Positions 39,684 to 50,549 are shown, counted from the stretch's first letter. The stretch: 64,000 nt of DNA from an uncultured Candidatus Binatia bacterium (GCA_965200965.1 OZ241744.1:2976001-3040000); one strand, 5' to 3'. The notes: a model not told the origin generated them from the letters alone. A program made the numbers and translations.

Positions 39684-39954
39684 GGCGTCTGCGCTCCTTT
39701 CTATCCATATCGCGGGCGCTCAGGATGAGAGCTCGTTCAGCCTCTTTGTGGATGAAGAAAACTATCATATAGCGCCCTGCATCAGTCTGTCCAGTTGCAG
39801 CATACACATCTTCTCCTGAACGATAGCCTCGCTCAACAAACCAGTAGCGAGGACGATTGAAAAAGACCTCCTCCACTTCATCCTGATCCACGCGATGTTT
39901 TCTCCCCAGCTTGTCAAGAAGACCGGGGAGCCGGATGAAGCCGTCGATCGTCAT
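39670..39954 (-). CDS. BrnT-family toxin
   Basis: KHRVDQDEVEEVF, GQTDAGRY, ILSARDM...ERR. Confidence 0.85.
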   Translation of the reverse strand: MTIDGFIRLPGLLDKLGRKHRVDQDEVEEVFFNRPRYWFVERGYRSGEDVYAATGQTDAGRYMIVFFIHKEAERALILSARDMDRKERRRHERK

Positions 39955-39966
39955 GTCTCATGGATA

Positions 39967-42321
39967 TTACAGGCCGAAGGAGCGTTTGACTTCGAGAAAG
40001 AGGCGGTCGTTTTTGCCGGTGAAATGTCGCCTGCGGAGCCGCCTGGCCGGGGCCGCGTACTGGCCGAAGAAGCCCGAGCGGGGGCCGATGAAGAGGTCAA
40101 GGCCGAGCGTCAGCGACAGAAAATCGTTGATCTGATACTCGACCTGGGGACGAATCAGGAGTTCGCCAAAGTTGATGCCGTACAGGGCGATCAACTCGGG
40201 AAACAGGGTTTCGTTGAGGAAATCGGCGCGCAGGAAGACCGACACGACGTTGTTGACCGCTTCGTCCGGGATGTCCGTGGGTTTATTGAAGATCACATTC
40301 TGGAAGAACTGGAAGTTGGCCATCAGGTTGTCGTTGACCGTCCAGTCCAGGCCCAGCACATAGGACAGGTATTCCCGCTGGCGGATGCCGTCCGGCTCGG
40401 TGGGGTCGGTAGACACAAAATGCTGCCCCAGGGTCAGTCCGCCCTCACCCCTGATGACAAACACATCAAAGGCATAGTTGAAGGTTCCGCCCAGCAGATG
40501 AAAACGGGTGTGGCGCGGCTCGAGCAGCACCTGACCGCCGCCAAGCGTGCGCCGAAAGGCGACCGGGAAATCGCTCCAGGCATAAAAATAGTTCAGCGAC
40601 AGATCCATATTGCGCAGAAAGCGGGCGATCCGAAGGCCGACCTCTGAATCGCTCAGCCGGCCATCCTGGGGTTTTCTGGTCTTGGCGAGTTGAACGAACG
40701 GAGACTGAAGGAGCAGCTCGAGCTGTCCGGCACTTCTGAACTGCCACTCACTGCCCAGGTCTGCGGCCCGATTTTCCTCAAAGTCAAGAAACCACACCCC
40801 CTCAAACACCCAGTCCTTGAAGGTGTAATCGAGCCGCGTGCCCCACAGCGGGATACGCGCGTCAATAAAGTCATCAAGGATGAACTCGCGGAAATCCTGC
40901 GGGTTGATGACATCAAGAATCCGCAGGCCGAGCGACTCGCCCCACACCACCTGCTGGCGGCCCACCCGGAGATCAAAATCGCCGTAGACAATTTCAAGAT
41001 AGAGCTCGCGCAGCTCGGCCTGAAAAAAATCGCCGCTGGCCCAGCGATCAATCGGCCCGGCGGCAAAGTCATGCGCGTCGCTCTCCAGGTGGTTGGCCGG
41101 GTCAAGCAGGGCGTGGCCAATCATGTTCAGGCTTACCCGCTTGTTCAGTTCGACCTCAATGTCGGTCTCCAGCCAGTTCTGGACCTTGGAGAACTGGCGG
41201 GGCGAGTGCAGCCGAAGGGCGGTCTCGTTTTTGAGAAAGGCCGTCCCGTCAACCCGCTCCTGCCACAACTCCTTGAGGCGGCCAGGGGCGGTCTGTGTGG
41301 CCGGCCGCGGGGAAACGACCGGGGCCGGCGCGGCCTCAGACGGGGCCGGCGGCGTTTCCTGGGGCGGGTCCAGAGCAAGGACCGGGGCTGGGGCCGGCGG
41401 CAGCATTGGCTCGGCTGGGACGCTGGCAACTAGGGCGGCCGGGGCCGGGTCGCGGAACAAGACCTGCGTCCGGGCCTCTTCGGGTGTGGGCAGGGAAAAG
41501 ACCAGGCGTAGCCGGTTGTCGGTGGGGTGGACCTCAAAAGGCGGGATATGAGGGCCGGCGAGATCAACCACAAACCGCAGCCGCGATGGGTGGGAGCCTG
41601 CGCGCACATTGTGGACCAGCCTGTCGCCGGCCGGGTAGTGCGCCGACGGCCGGCGTGGGACCGGCCCGGTCACGTCCAGCACAACCCGGGACGGGGCGGA
41701 CAGGGCAAAAGCGTGCCAGCTGTCTGGAGGCTGGGAAAAGAGGAAGCTGAGCGTCTTTTGAGTGCCCTCGACTCCGAGTTGGAGTTCTTGCAGGCGCAGT
41801 GTTGAGGCTGAGGACAGCGATGCGGGGGAGGTGTCAGCGCCCGGCGGGAAGAGCAGTTGGGTGTAGGCGTCCTGGCCGCTGGGGGCGGTTTGCAGGACCG
41901 CGGTCAGGCGCGGGCCGTCACGCTCAATGGTATAGGCCGGCACACGCGCGGTCTTGAAGTCGAGCACAAACCGCAGGCGCTGGGGATGCGTACCCTGGCG
42001 GATGCGCCACAGCGTTTCGTCCTGTGCCGGGTAGCTGGCCGACCGGGCTTTGCCGGCCGGGCCGCTCACGTCAATGACCAGGCGCGCCGGGGCGGACAGG
42101 GCAAAGGCGCGTACCGCGGTCGGGGCGGTCGAGAACTGCCAGCTGACGGTCTTCTGACTGGCCGCGACGCGGAGCCGGATTTCCTGGACCTGGAGAGTGG
42201 AAGCGGCCTGGACCGCGGCAGTCTGAGGACCGGGCCCGGCCACGCTTGTGGCCCACACCAGGACAGCCGCCAGACGGCCGGCGGCTCTCGCCATTCTGCT
42301 TGTGCCCGTCGTCCACGTCAT
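39967..42321 (-). CDS. Tandem AMIN domains + Pro-rich linker + DUF1302-like outer-membrane protein
   Basis: Two FALSAP-R-V-DV...LRFV-D repeats; LRELY, GRQQVVWGE, LDVINPQD; terminal SFGL. Confidence 0.75.
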   Translation of the reverse strand: MTWTTGTSRMARAAGRLAAVLVWATSVAGPGPQTAAVQAASTLQVQEIRLRVAASQKTVSWQFSTAPTAVRAFALSAPARLVIDVSGPAGKARSASYPAQDETLWRIRQGTHPQRLRFVLDFKTARVPAYTIERDGPRLTAVLQTAPSGQDAYTQLLFPPGADTSPASLSSASTLRLQELQLGVEGTQKTLSFLFSQPPDSWHAFALSAPSRVVLDVTGPVPRRPSAHYPAGDRLVHNVRAGSHPSRLRFVVDLAGPHIPPFEVHPTDNRLRLVFSLPTPEEARTQVLFRDPAPAALVASVPAEPMLPPAPAPVLALDPPQETPPAPSEAAPAPVVSPRPATQTAPGRLKELWQERVDGTAFLKNETALRLHSPRQFSKVQNWLETDIEVELNKRVSLNMIGHALLDPANHLESDAHDFAAGPIDRWASGDFFQAELRELYLEIVYGDFDLRVGRQQVVWGESLGLRILDVINPQDFREFILDDFIDARIPLWGTRLDYTFKDWVFEGVWFLDFEENRAADLGSEWQFRSAGQLELLLQSPFVQLAKTRKPQDGRLSDSEVGLRIARFLRNMDLSLNYFYAWSDFPVAFRRTLGGGQVLLEPRHTRFHLLGGTFNYAFDVFVIRGEGGLTLGQHFVSTDPTEPDGIRQREYLSYVLGLDWTVNDNLMANFQFFQNVIFNKPTDIPDEAVNNVVSVFLRADFLNETLFPELIALYGINFGELLIRPQVEYQINDFLSLTLGLDLFIGPRSGFFGQYAAPARRLRRRHFTGKNDRLFLEVKRSFGL

Positions 42322-42330
42322 GCGTGGTCC

Positions 42331-43125
42331 CTAGGGTGCTCCTTTGCGCAAGGACCGCTCGGTGAACAGACTGTCTCTGAAACCCTGATTGAACTTCACA
42401 TTCGAGATATCCAGTTCGGTCTTGTGGCCGGTGATCTGGTTTTCGACCACCGTCCGCTTCCAATTCCAGATGCCGTCAATCAGCGCCCAGTCCTGATACA
42501 TGATCTTGAGCAGCCGGCCCTTGCGGTCGTAGAATTCGGTCTTCGGCGTTGTCCACGTCTCGGCATTCACCCAGGTCAGCTTCCTGCTGTAGATGTAGTT
42601 CGGCTTTTTGGCCACCGCCTGAACCACATACATCTTGGTGCCATTATCGTTTTCAACCCGGAGCAGGGTGTGGGTGTCTTCCTCAACCTCGCGATCTCCC
42701 ATGTCGTCATAGATCATGTCGCTGCCCATGAACGAGTTTTCCTTATCGCCTGAGGCGATCCGGCGGACCTTGCGCAGGGCCGGCAGGTAGATCCACTGGT
42801 CGTCATCGGCCTCGGCATCCTCCTGGGACCAGTTCAGAAAGGTGGTGTCTTTCACGTCCGGCGGCGAGTCAAAATAGATGAACGACTTGCTCGACAGGCC
42901 GTCCTTGCCGTCATAATCTTTCCAGTAGCGCAGGGTGTGACGCTTGCGCTGTTTGCCGGCCTTGTTGGTCAGCGTCCAGGTCGCCTCAGACACCTGATCG
43001 TCGCCGTTCTCGCGCTCGTCAACGTTGATCGCAATCTGGAGGCCGCTCGGTTCGCCCGGAATCTCTTCCGCTCCGGCCAGACCGGGGACCAACAGCATCA
43101 CTCCAGCCACTATCAGAATACGCAT
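42331..43125 (-). CDS. Outer-membrane lipoprotein-sorting (LolA-like) protein
   Basis: Signal peptide; DDQWIYLPALRKVRRI, SFMGSD. Confidence 0.88.
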   Translation of the reverse strand: MRILIVAGVMLLVPGLAGAEEIPGEPSGLQIAINVDERENGDDQVSEATWTLTNKAGKQRKRHTLRYWKDYDGKDGLSSKSFIYFDSPPDVKDTTFLNWSQEDAEADDDQWIYLPALRKVRRIASGDKENSFMGSDMIYDDMGDREVEEDTHTLLRVENDNGTKMYVVQAVAKKPNYIYSRKLTWVNAETWTTPKTEFYDRKGRLLKIMYQDWALIDGIWNWKRTVVENQITGHKTELDISNVKFNQGFRDSLFTERSLRKGAP

Positions 43126-43173
43126 TGTTCTTCTCCTTTCTCCGTCTATGGGGCACGACGCCACAGCACGAAC

Positions 43174-45735
43174 TCATGCCGAGTGCGCTCCCTCCTGCTC
43201 CCGACCAAACCCGATACGCGCGTCCCGCTCTGGCTGTACAGCCGCGGGCGGTCTCCTGGCGTACACAAAGCGGGGTTTCCAGGTGTTCAGCACCGCCGGC
43301 AGGACGGTCATTGACACCAGCAGACAGGCACTCATATTCAGGGCCAGCATTGCCCCGAGGTAAAAATTGGGCAGAAAGTTCGAGGTCAAAAAGACCAGAA
43401 AGCCGCTGACCACGACCAGGGCGTTGAAAAAGATGGCCTTGCCCGAGGTGGCCATTGTTGCCTCGGTAATGTCCCGGGGATCGCTCAGACCCTCCTGGAC
43501 CTTCAGCCGATACTTGTTGAGAAAGTGGATCGTATAATCAATGCCGATACCGATCACCATGGACGCGGTCAGCGACTTGCCGACCTCCAGCGGGATATTG
43601 AGCAGCCCCATCATCCCAAAGCTGAAAATCATCACCATGCTGATCGGAAGGACGTTGATCAGGCCGGCTACCCAGGAACGAAACATGAACGCGGTCAGCA
43701 AAAAGACGGCGACCAGTGAGGTCACCAGGCTGGACAACTGGCCGGCCACGACCAGCTCACTCATCCGGTTCATCATGTAGCCGGCCCCGGCGTAGCCGAT
43801 CCGAAAATCACTGTCCGTCTCCCAGCTGACCAGCGTCGGGGTCATCCCGGCCAGCCACATGCCAAAGCGGACGCTCAGGGGGTTGGCCGAGCCGCCTGGC
43901 TGTCCGCGGTCGGCCGCCTCCTCGGACGCGCGGCCAAATTCGCGGACGGCAAAGGCATCAATTTTCTGGATTACCCGCAAGACATCTTGGGAGCTGTCCG
44001 AGCGCAGGAAAAACATCACATTGGCGTGCTGATAGTCATAGTCAACGATTTCGTCAAAGTCGTCCGGGTCGCCCGAGAACGAGTACAGCAGCAGATACTG
44101 GGCAACCAGGGCGCGATCGGCCGGGATGACCTCCATCTCGGGCCGGTCCTCGTTCATGACCCGGTTCATGCGCTTGAGATATTCGGCCAGCGACAGCGAG
44201 CCGCCGACCACCGGGTCCTGCTCAATCTCGGCCTGGAGGCGGTCGAGTTTGTTGAGGAGGACGGGGTCCTTGAGTAAATCCGGCTGATGGCCCTCAATGG
44301 CGACGTAGAGCGGCAGGGTGCCCTGGAACTTGCTCCGCAAGACCTCGTCGCCAATCCGCACCGGGCTGCGCGGCTCGAAAGCGCCAATCCACGAGCTATC
44401 GACCACAATCTGCTGGGTGCCGATCACACACGCGCCCATCACCAGACCGGCCGGCAGCAGGACCCACAGCGGTCGGTGTGCCACCCCGCGCCCCAGCCAG
44501 GACAGGGCGCTTGCCGCCCAGCCGGCGGCCGCCAGTTCACCGCTGCGGTCCATCTGGCGGCGGAGACCGGCGCTGACGGTCGGCCTGAGCAGGCTCAGGA
44601 CGGCGGGGAAAAAGGTCAGGGAGAAGATCATAGCCGCCAGCACGCCAAGCGCGGTAAACAGGCCAAAGTAGCGGACCGGCATCATGGCCGCGGTCAGGAA
44701 AGACAGAAAGCCGGCCGCGGTGGTCAGCGAGGTGAACAGCACGGGCTTCCACATCTCCCGCATGGCGAGCAGCACGGCGTCCGAGGAGCTGATATCCGGC
44801 TGCTCCAGGACGGCGTCGTAGTAGCGGCTCAGGATGTGGATCCCGTCCGCCACCCCGACCGCCATCAAGACCACCGGCATCATGGTCGAGATGAAATACA
44901 GCGGCACCCCAAGGGCGGTCATGATGCCGAGGGTCCAGATCACCGCCACCACAACGACAGCCAGGGGCAGCAGGACGCCACGCAGGCTGCGGTAGGTCAG
45001 ATACAGGCCGCCCAGCACGACGACCACAATGAGCGGCAGAAAGGTCTGCATATCGCGCCGCCCGTCTTCCTCAAACGTCACCTCCATAGCGCCGCGGCCG
45101 GTAATGTGCATGACCTCAGGAGCGCCGGCGTCTCGCTTGGCCTGGATCATGTCCCGCAGGCTGCGGTAAATGGCCGCACGCCTGGCCACGCCCTCACGCG
45201 TCCCCTCAGACGGCTCCATTTTGGCGATGATCAGCAGCCCGCTCCCGTCCTGTGAGACGATCCAGTTGACGAACATACTGTTCTCGAACAGCGCCCGTTT
45301 GAGTTCGCGCAGCGCGGTCTGGCCCTCCGGCACATGCTCCATCAACGGATCAACGGCCATGCCATCCGCGGTCCCGGTGATCGTATCCAGGCTGGCAACG
45401 CTGGCCACATCTTCGTCACGGATGGCTTTGATGCCCGGCAGCAGCGCGATCTTTTCGGAGAACTCCTTGACCAGGCCGAGGGTGCGGGGGTTGAAGACGC
45501 CATTCTCCTGCGGGTTGTCATTCAAGACCCCGACGATGATGAGGTTACGGATGCCAAAACGATCCTCAACCAGTTGGTGATAGGTCTGGACCGGGTCCTT
45601 GGGCGGGATCATGGCCTCGGCGTCACCCTCAAAGCGCAGCTGGCGCAGTTCCAGCCAGGCGACGCCGGTACACGCCAGGACGAGCCCAATGACCAGAAAA
45701 CGAAAACGGAGAATCCAGCGGAAAAATGACTCCAT
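43174..45735 (-). CDS. MMPL/RND-family transporter
   Basis: GVADGIH, TSLTTAAGF, GIGIDYTIH; two membrane repeats. Confidence 0.92.
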   Translation of the reverse strand: MESFFRWILRFRFLVIGLVLACTGVAWLELRQLRFEGDAEAMIPPKDPVQTYHQLVEDRFGIRNLIIVGVLNDNPQENGVFNPRTLGLVKEFSEKIALLPGIKAIRDEDVASVASLDTITGTADGMAVDPLMEHVPEGQTALRELKRALFENSMFVNWIVSQDGSGLLIIAKMEPSEGTREGVARRAAIYRSLRDMIQAKRDAGAPEVMHITGRGAMEVTFEEDGRRDMQTFLPLIVVVVLGGLYLTYRSLRGVLLPLAVVVVAVIWTLGIMTALGVPLYFISTMMPVVLMAVGVADGIHILSRYYDAVLEQPDISSSDAVLLAMREMWKPVLFTSLTTAAGFLSFLTAAMMPVRYFGLFTALGVLAAMIFSLTFFPAVLSLLRPTVSAGLRRQMDRSGELAAAGWAASALSWLGRGVAHRPLWVLLPAGLVMGACVIGTQQIVVDSSWIGAFEPRSPVRIGDEVLRSKFQGTLPLYVAIEGHQPDLLKDPVLLNKLDRLQAEIEQDPVVGGSLSLAEYLKRMNRVMNEDRPEMEVIPADRALVAQYLLLYSFSGDPDDFDEIVDYDYQHANVMFFLRSDSSQDVLRVIQKIDAFAVREFGRASEEAADRGQPGGSANPLSVRFGMWLAGMTPTLVSWETDSDFRIGYAGAGYMMNRMSELVVAGQLSSLVTSLVAVFLLTAFMFRSWVAGLINVLPISMVMIFSFGMMGLLNIPLEVGKSLTASMVIGIGIDYTIHFLNKYRLKVQEGLSDPRDITEATMATSGKAIFFNALVVVSGFLVFLTSNFLPNFYLGAMLALNMSACLLVSMTVLPAVLNTWKPRFVYARRPPAAVQPERDARIGFGREQEGAHSA

Positions 45736-45750
45736 GCAGTGTGGTCTCCC

Positions 45751-48261
45751 TCAGTCGGCGGCGAGCGGGGCCACGGCCGGACGCGCTTGCCGTCCGTACA
45801 CAAAGCGGGGTTTGAAGGTATTCAGGATCGCCGGCAGGACGGTCATCGACACCAGCAGGCAGGCGCTCATGTTCAGCACCAGCATTGATCCCAGGTAAAA
45901 ATTGGGCGTGAAGTTTGAGCTCAGAAACACGGCAAACCCCCCGATGACCACCATCGCATTGAAAAAGATAGCCTTGCCCGAGGTGGCCATCGTGGCTGCC
46001 GTAATCTGCTCTGGATCATGGAATCCGCTCTGAACCTTGAGCTTGTACTTGTTGAGAAAGTGGATCGTATAGTCGATGCCGATGCCGATGACCATAGAGG
46101 CGGTCATGGAGTTGCCAATCTCCAGCCTGATGCCCAGCAGCCCCATGACCCCAAAGCTGAAGAGGATGACCAGGCTGATCGGGATGATGTTGATCAGCCC
46201 GGCCACAAGAGAGCGAAACATGAACGCGGTCAGCAGGAACACGCCGACCAGCGAGGTCACCAGGCTGGACAACTGACCTGCCACCACCAGCTCATTAAAC
46301 CGGACGGTCAGATAGGCGGCCCCGGCAAAACCGAGTCGAAAACCACTGTTGGTCTCCCAGCCGGTGATGGTGGGCTTGATATTGCCCAGCCAGCGGCCAA
46401 AGCGCAGAAACAGCATATCCCGCCAGCCGCCGGCGTCGCTGTTGTCCTGCGCACTGCGGCCAAACTCGCGCAGGGCAAAGTCCTGAATCCGGTCAACCAC
46501 CCGCTGAATATCGCGCGTCCCGTCGGAGCGGAGATAAAAGGTTACGTTGGCGTGCTGATAGTCGTAGTCAACGACCTCATCAAAATCGTCCGGGTCACCA
46601 GAAAAGGAATACAGCAACAGATACTGGGCAACCAGGTCGCGCGAACTCGGCACCAGCTCCATCTCGGGCCGGTCTTCGTTCATCACCCGGTTCATGCGCT
46701 TGACGAACTCGGCCAGCGACAGCGAGCCGCCGACCACCGGGTCTTTTTCGCCCTCGGCCTGCATCTGGTCAAGCTGGCGGAGCAGCCGCGGATCTTTCAG
46801 CGCATCTGGCTCATGGCCCTCAATCGCCACATAGATCGGCAGCGTGCCCTGAAAGCGCTCGCGCAGAACCTCGTCGGCGAGCCGTACCGGACTCTGGGGA
46901 TGGAAGACCTGAATCCACGAGCTATCGACCACAATCTGCCGCAGGCCAAGCGTACACAGCCCCATGACCACAATCGCCGGCACCCATACCAGGAACGGTT
47001 TGCGGGCAACCCCACGTCCCAGCCGTGACAGCGTCCGGGCCGCCCAGCCGGTGGCCGCCAGCTCACCGCCCCGCCCGATTTGACTGCGCAGGCCGGCGCT
47101 GACCTCGGGCCGCAGCATACTCAGCACGGCCGGAAAAAAGGTCAGCGAAAACAGCATGGCGGCCAGCACGCCGACCGCGGTGAACAGCCCGAAGTACCGA
47201 ATCGGCACCATGGCCGCGGTCAGAAACGACAAGAACCCGACCGCGGTGGTCAGCGAGGTAAAGACTACCGGCTGCCACATTTCGCACATCGCCGCCACCA
47301 CCGCCTGGGGGGAAGACATCTCGGGGTGTTCCATGACCTCGTCGTAATAGCGGCTCAGGATATGAATGCCGGCGGCCACGCCAATCGCCATCAGGACGAC
47401 CGGCATCATGGTCGAGATGAAGTACATCGGGATACCGACCGAGGCCATGATGCCCAGCGTCCAGATGATCGACACCACCACCACCGCCAGCGGCAGCAGG
47501 ACGCCGCGCAGGCTGCGATAGGTGAGATACAGGGTTCCCACCACCACCAGCAGGACCAGGGGCATGAACAGCCGCATGTCTTCGCGCGCCTGCTCAGAGA
47601 AGGTCACTTCCATGGCCCCGCGTCCGGCCACATAGAACTGCTCGGGCGTCCCGGCCTCTTCTCTGGCCTGAATCAGTTCGCGGATTGTGCGGTAGATGGT
47701 GGACCGCCGGCGCACGCCCTCCAGGGTGCCTTCGGACGACTCCATCTTGGCCATAATCAGCAGGCCGGTGCTGTCCCGAGACACGATCCAGTCGATATAC
47801 ATGGTGTTGCCGAACAGGCTGCTCTTGAGCGCCTGCAACTCGGCCTTGGTCCGGGGCACGGCTTCCATAAACGGGTCAACCGCCAGGCCGTCGGTAGTGC
47901 CGACGATGTTATCCATAGTCGCCACGCTGGCCACGTCTTCGTCACGCACGGCTTTGATGCCGGGCAGCAGGGCGATTTTTTCAGAGAACTCTTTGACAAT
48001 GGCCAGGGTGCGCGGATTGAATACGCCGTTTTCGGCCGGGTTGTCGTTGAGCACCCCGACAATAATCAGGTCCCGCATACCAAAACGGTTTTCGACCATA
48101 TCGTTGTAATGCTGGACCGGGTCGTCGGGCGGGACCATAGCTTCGGCGTCACTCTCAAAGCGGAGTTGCCGCATCTGGACACAGGCGAGCGCGGTGCAGG
48201 CCACAATCAGCGCGATGACCGGCCAGCGAAAACGGATGATGGTTCGAAAGACAGTTTCCAT
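45751..48261 (-). CDS. MMPL/RND-family transporter (paralog)
   Basis: Same architecture; first-repeat motif reads GVAAGIH. Confidence 0.92.
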   Translation of the reverse strand: METVFRTIIRFRWPVIALIVACTALACVQMRQLRFESDAEAMVPPDDPVQHYNDMVENRFGMRDLIIVGVLNDNPAENGVFNPRTLAIVKEFSEKIALLPGIKAVRDEDVASVATMDNIVGTTDGLAVDPFMEAVPRTKAELQALKSSLFGNTMYIDWIVSRDSTGLLIMAKMESSEGTLEGVRRRSTIYRTIRELIQAREEAGTPEQFYVAGRGAMEVTFSEQAREDMRLFMPLVLLVVVGTLYLTYRSLRGVLLPLAVVVVSIIWTLGIMASVGIPMYFISTMMPVVLMAIGVAAGIHILSRYYDEVMEHPEMSSPQAVVAAMCEMWQPVVFTSLTTAVGFLSFLTAAMVPIRYFGLFTAVGVLAAMLFSLTFFPAVLSMLRPEVSAGLRSQIGRGGELAATGWAARTLSRLGRGVARKPFLVWVPAIVVMGLCTLGLRQIVVDSSWIQVFHPQSPVRLADEVLRERFQGTLPIYVAIEGHEPDALKDPRLLRQLDQMQAEGEKDPVVGGSLSLAEFVKRMNRVMNEDRPEMELVPSSRDLVAQYLLLYSFSGDPDDFDEVVDYDYQHANVTFYLRSDGTRDIQRVVDRIQDFALREFGRSAQDNSDAGGWRDMLFLRFGRWLGNIKPTITGWETNSGFRLGFAGAAYLTVRFNELVVAGQLSSLVTSLVGVFLLTAFMFRSLVAGLINIIPISLVILFSFGVMGLLGIRLEIGNSMTASMVIGIGIDYTIHFLNKYKLKVQSGFHDPEQITAATMATSGKAIFFNAMVVIGGFAVFLSSNFTPNFYLGSMLVLNMSACLLVSMTVLPAILNTFKPRFVYGRQARPAVAPLAAD

Positions 48262-48314
48262 CTACACAGGCTCCTGTGGCGAGGCGGGCTGAGCCGTCCT
48301 GGGTCGCCTCTTTT

Positions 48315-48947
48315 TCATGGCGGCGACCCGCGGTCGGTCTGCAACAGGCTGAGCACCAGGTCGGCCAACTGGGCCAGGACTTCCGGACCGGAAAGACCCG
48401 GTGTAATCCGATCCATCAACTGATTGGCGCGCAGGGCGTGGATGATGATCCCGACGATCACAAATGGGGTGGCAGCCGGCGGCAGGGGTTTGAAGATGCC
48501 GCTTTCGATCCCCTCGGCGGTAATCGTCTGCATCGCCACATGGGCGCGTGAAAACCAGCGCTCGGCCAGGGTATGGGCGGCCGGGCTGTGGTCGTCTATG
48601 GCCCGCTGCAGCATACGAAAGCCCTGCGGATTGAGCCGGTATTGTTCCAGAAAGACCTGGACGGCCGCCCGAATTTTCTGCTCAGGCTTACCCGCCCCGG
48701 CCGCTACCGCTTCGAGCCGGGTCACGACCATAGCGGCGTCTTTTTCGAGCAGGGACAGGTAGAGGGCTTCTTTACTCTGGTGGTAGTGGTAGATGAGGGC
48801 CTTGGTCGCTCCGGCCTGCTCGGCAATTTCGCGTATCGACGTGCCGTCAAAGCCGCGCTCGGCAAATAAGGTTTCGGCGACCTGAGCGATCCTGGCCCGA
48901 TAATCGGTCGAGTCAACGGTTTTGACTGGGCGTGCCACGACGGGCAC
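48315..48947 (-). CDS. TetR-family regulator
   Basis: LFAERGFDGTSIREIA...IYHY..SKEALY. Confidence 0.93.
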   Translation of the reverse strand: MPVVARPVKTVDSTDYRARIAQVAETLFAERGFDGTSIREIAEQAGATKALIYHYHQSKEALYLSLLEKDAAMVVTRLEAVAAGAGKPEQKIRAAVQVFLEQYRLNPQGFRMLQRAIDDHSPAAHTLAERWFSRAHVAMQTITAEGIESGIFKPLPPAATPFVIVGIIIHALRANQLMDRITPGLSGPEVLAQLADLVLSLLQTDRGSPP

Positions 48948-48975
48948 AACATAACCGGACGTTCAGTTAAGTCAA
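48948..48975 (-). promoter_or_regulatory. Promoter with overlapping palindromic TetR operator
   Basis: Minus strand TTGACT-N16-TATGTT; imperfect palindrome TAACCGGAC/GTTCAGTTA at 48952-48969. Confidence 0.65.
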
Positions 48976-49022
48976 GAGGGGAGGGGGCAAAAGATGTCAC
49001 TTTTGCCTGCTCTGTTCAGCGT

Positions 49023-50549
49023 TCAGGGGACCCAGTTCGGCTGGCCGGACAGGGCAATATCAAAGACCGGCACGCCGAGCAGATACAACAGAACGGGCAG
49101 GATCAGGACACCGAGCAGGTTCAGCCCCAGGCCGGCCCAGAACATCTGCGGCAGGCTGATCCGCCGGCTGGCGAACACAATCGCGTTGGGCGCGGTGGCG
49201 GTCGGCAGCATAAAGGCAAACGAGGCCGCAAAGGTGGCCGGGATCATGAGCAGCAGCGGATCAATGCTCATGCCGGTCGCGGTGGCGGCCAGGATGGGCA
49301 TCATCAGGGTGGTGGTGGCCGTATTGCTGGTCACCTCGGTCAGGCTGACCAGCAGGGCGCATACCGCAAAAATCGCGCCGAAGGGCGGCAGGTCTTGCAG
49401 AAAGCCGAGCTGGTGGCCGACCCACTCGGCCAGACCCGAGGCACCGACCCCCCGGGCCAGGGCCAGGCTGCCGCCGAGCAGGACCAGAATCCCCCACGGC
49501 ATACGCTCAAACACGCTCCGGTCAAGCAGGCAGCGGCCGTCCCCCCGTCCGGTCGGAATCACAAACAGCAGGGTGGCCATGAGCATCGCCACCGTGGAAT
49601 CCTTGATATTGGCCGGGACCGGAAACAGGTGGACCCAGCCGGGGACCGTCACGGGGCCGAGCGGCAGGTCTTCACGCAACATCCACAGCAGCGCGGTGAG
49701 GGAAAACAGGAGCAGGACCCGCCGTTCGGGCCGGCTCATCGGGCCGAGGGCCTGCACCTGTTCGGCCAGAAAGCCGCGGTCGGCCTGCCAGCCGCTCGTC
49801 GGCACCCGGAACACGATATAGACCAGATAGAACCAGACGCACACCAGCATAACCGCCGCGGTCGGCAGCCCGAACAGCATCCAGTACACAAAGCTGATGC
49901 TGGGTGCGGCTGGAAACAGGTTCTCAAAAGCGCCCAGAAACACCGCGTTGGGCGGTGTGCCGACCGGGGTGCTGACGCCGCCGATTGAGGCGCTGTAGGC
50001 CAGGCCAAGGATCAGCGCGGTGGCAAACCCGCGGCTCGTATCATAGCCCTGGGCGTCGGCATGGCTGAGAATGGCCAGAGCGATCGGCAGCATGACTACG
50101 GTTGAGGCGGTGTTCGACATCCACATTGACAGCAGAGCCGCGGTGCCGAAGAAGCCCAGGATAAGCAGGCGTGGCGAGCCGCCAATGCGCGACACAATCC
50201 ACAGCGCGATCCGCCGGTGCAGTCCCCACTGCTCGGTCGCCAGGGCCAGAAAAAACGCGCCAAAAAAGAGAAACACAATCTGGCCGGCATAGGCGCTCGA
50301 CACCTCACCGGCCGGCAGAATATCGAGCACCGGAAACAGAAACAGGGGCGCAAAGGCGGTGACGGTCAGGTCTACCGCTTCGCTGATCCACCACACCGCC
50401 ATCAGCCCGGCAACAGCCGCGGTTCGCCACGCGGCCAGGCTCATCCCCTCGGGCGGCGGCAGCAGCAGCAGCACAACACACAGCCCCACCCCGCCCAGCA
50501 GGCCGAGCCGGCGGCGTGTCGGGGTGGAAGATGCGGCGTCCGTCGTCAT
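49023..50549 (-). CDS. DASS/SLC13 sodium:anion symporter
   Basis: SMWMSNTAS, TPVGTPPN, TEVTSNTAT, FMLPTATAPNA. Confidence 0.93.
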   Translation of the reverse strand: MTTDAASSTPTRRRLGLLGGVGLCVVLLLLPPPEGMSLAAWRTAAVAGLMAVWWISEAVDLTVTAFAPLFLFPVLDILPAGEVSSAYAGQIVFLFFGAFFLALATEQWGLHRRIALWIVSRIGGSPRLLILGFFGTAALLSMWMSNTASTVVMLPIALAILSHADAQGYDTSRGFATALILGLAYSASIGGVSTPVGTPPNAVFLGAFENLFPAAPSISFVYWMLFGLPTAAVMLVCVWFYLVYIVFRVPTSGWQADRGFLAEQVQALGPMSRPERRVLLLFSLTALLWMLREDLPLGPVTVPGWVHLFPVPANIKDSTVAMLMATLLFVIPTGRGDGRCLLDRSVFERMPWGILVLLGGSLALARGVGASGLAEWVGHQLGFLQDLPPFGAIFAVCALLVSLTEVTSNTATTTLMMPILAATATGMSIDPLLLMIPATFAASFAFMLPTATAPNAIVFASRRISLPQMFWAGLGLNLLGVLILPVLLYLLGVPVFDIALSGQPNWVP

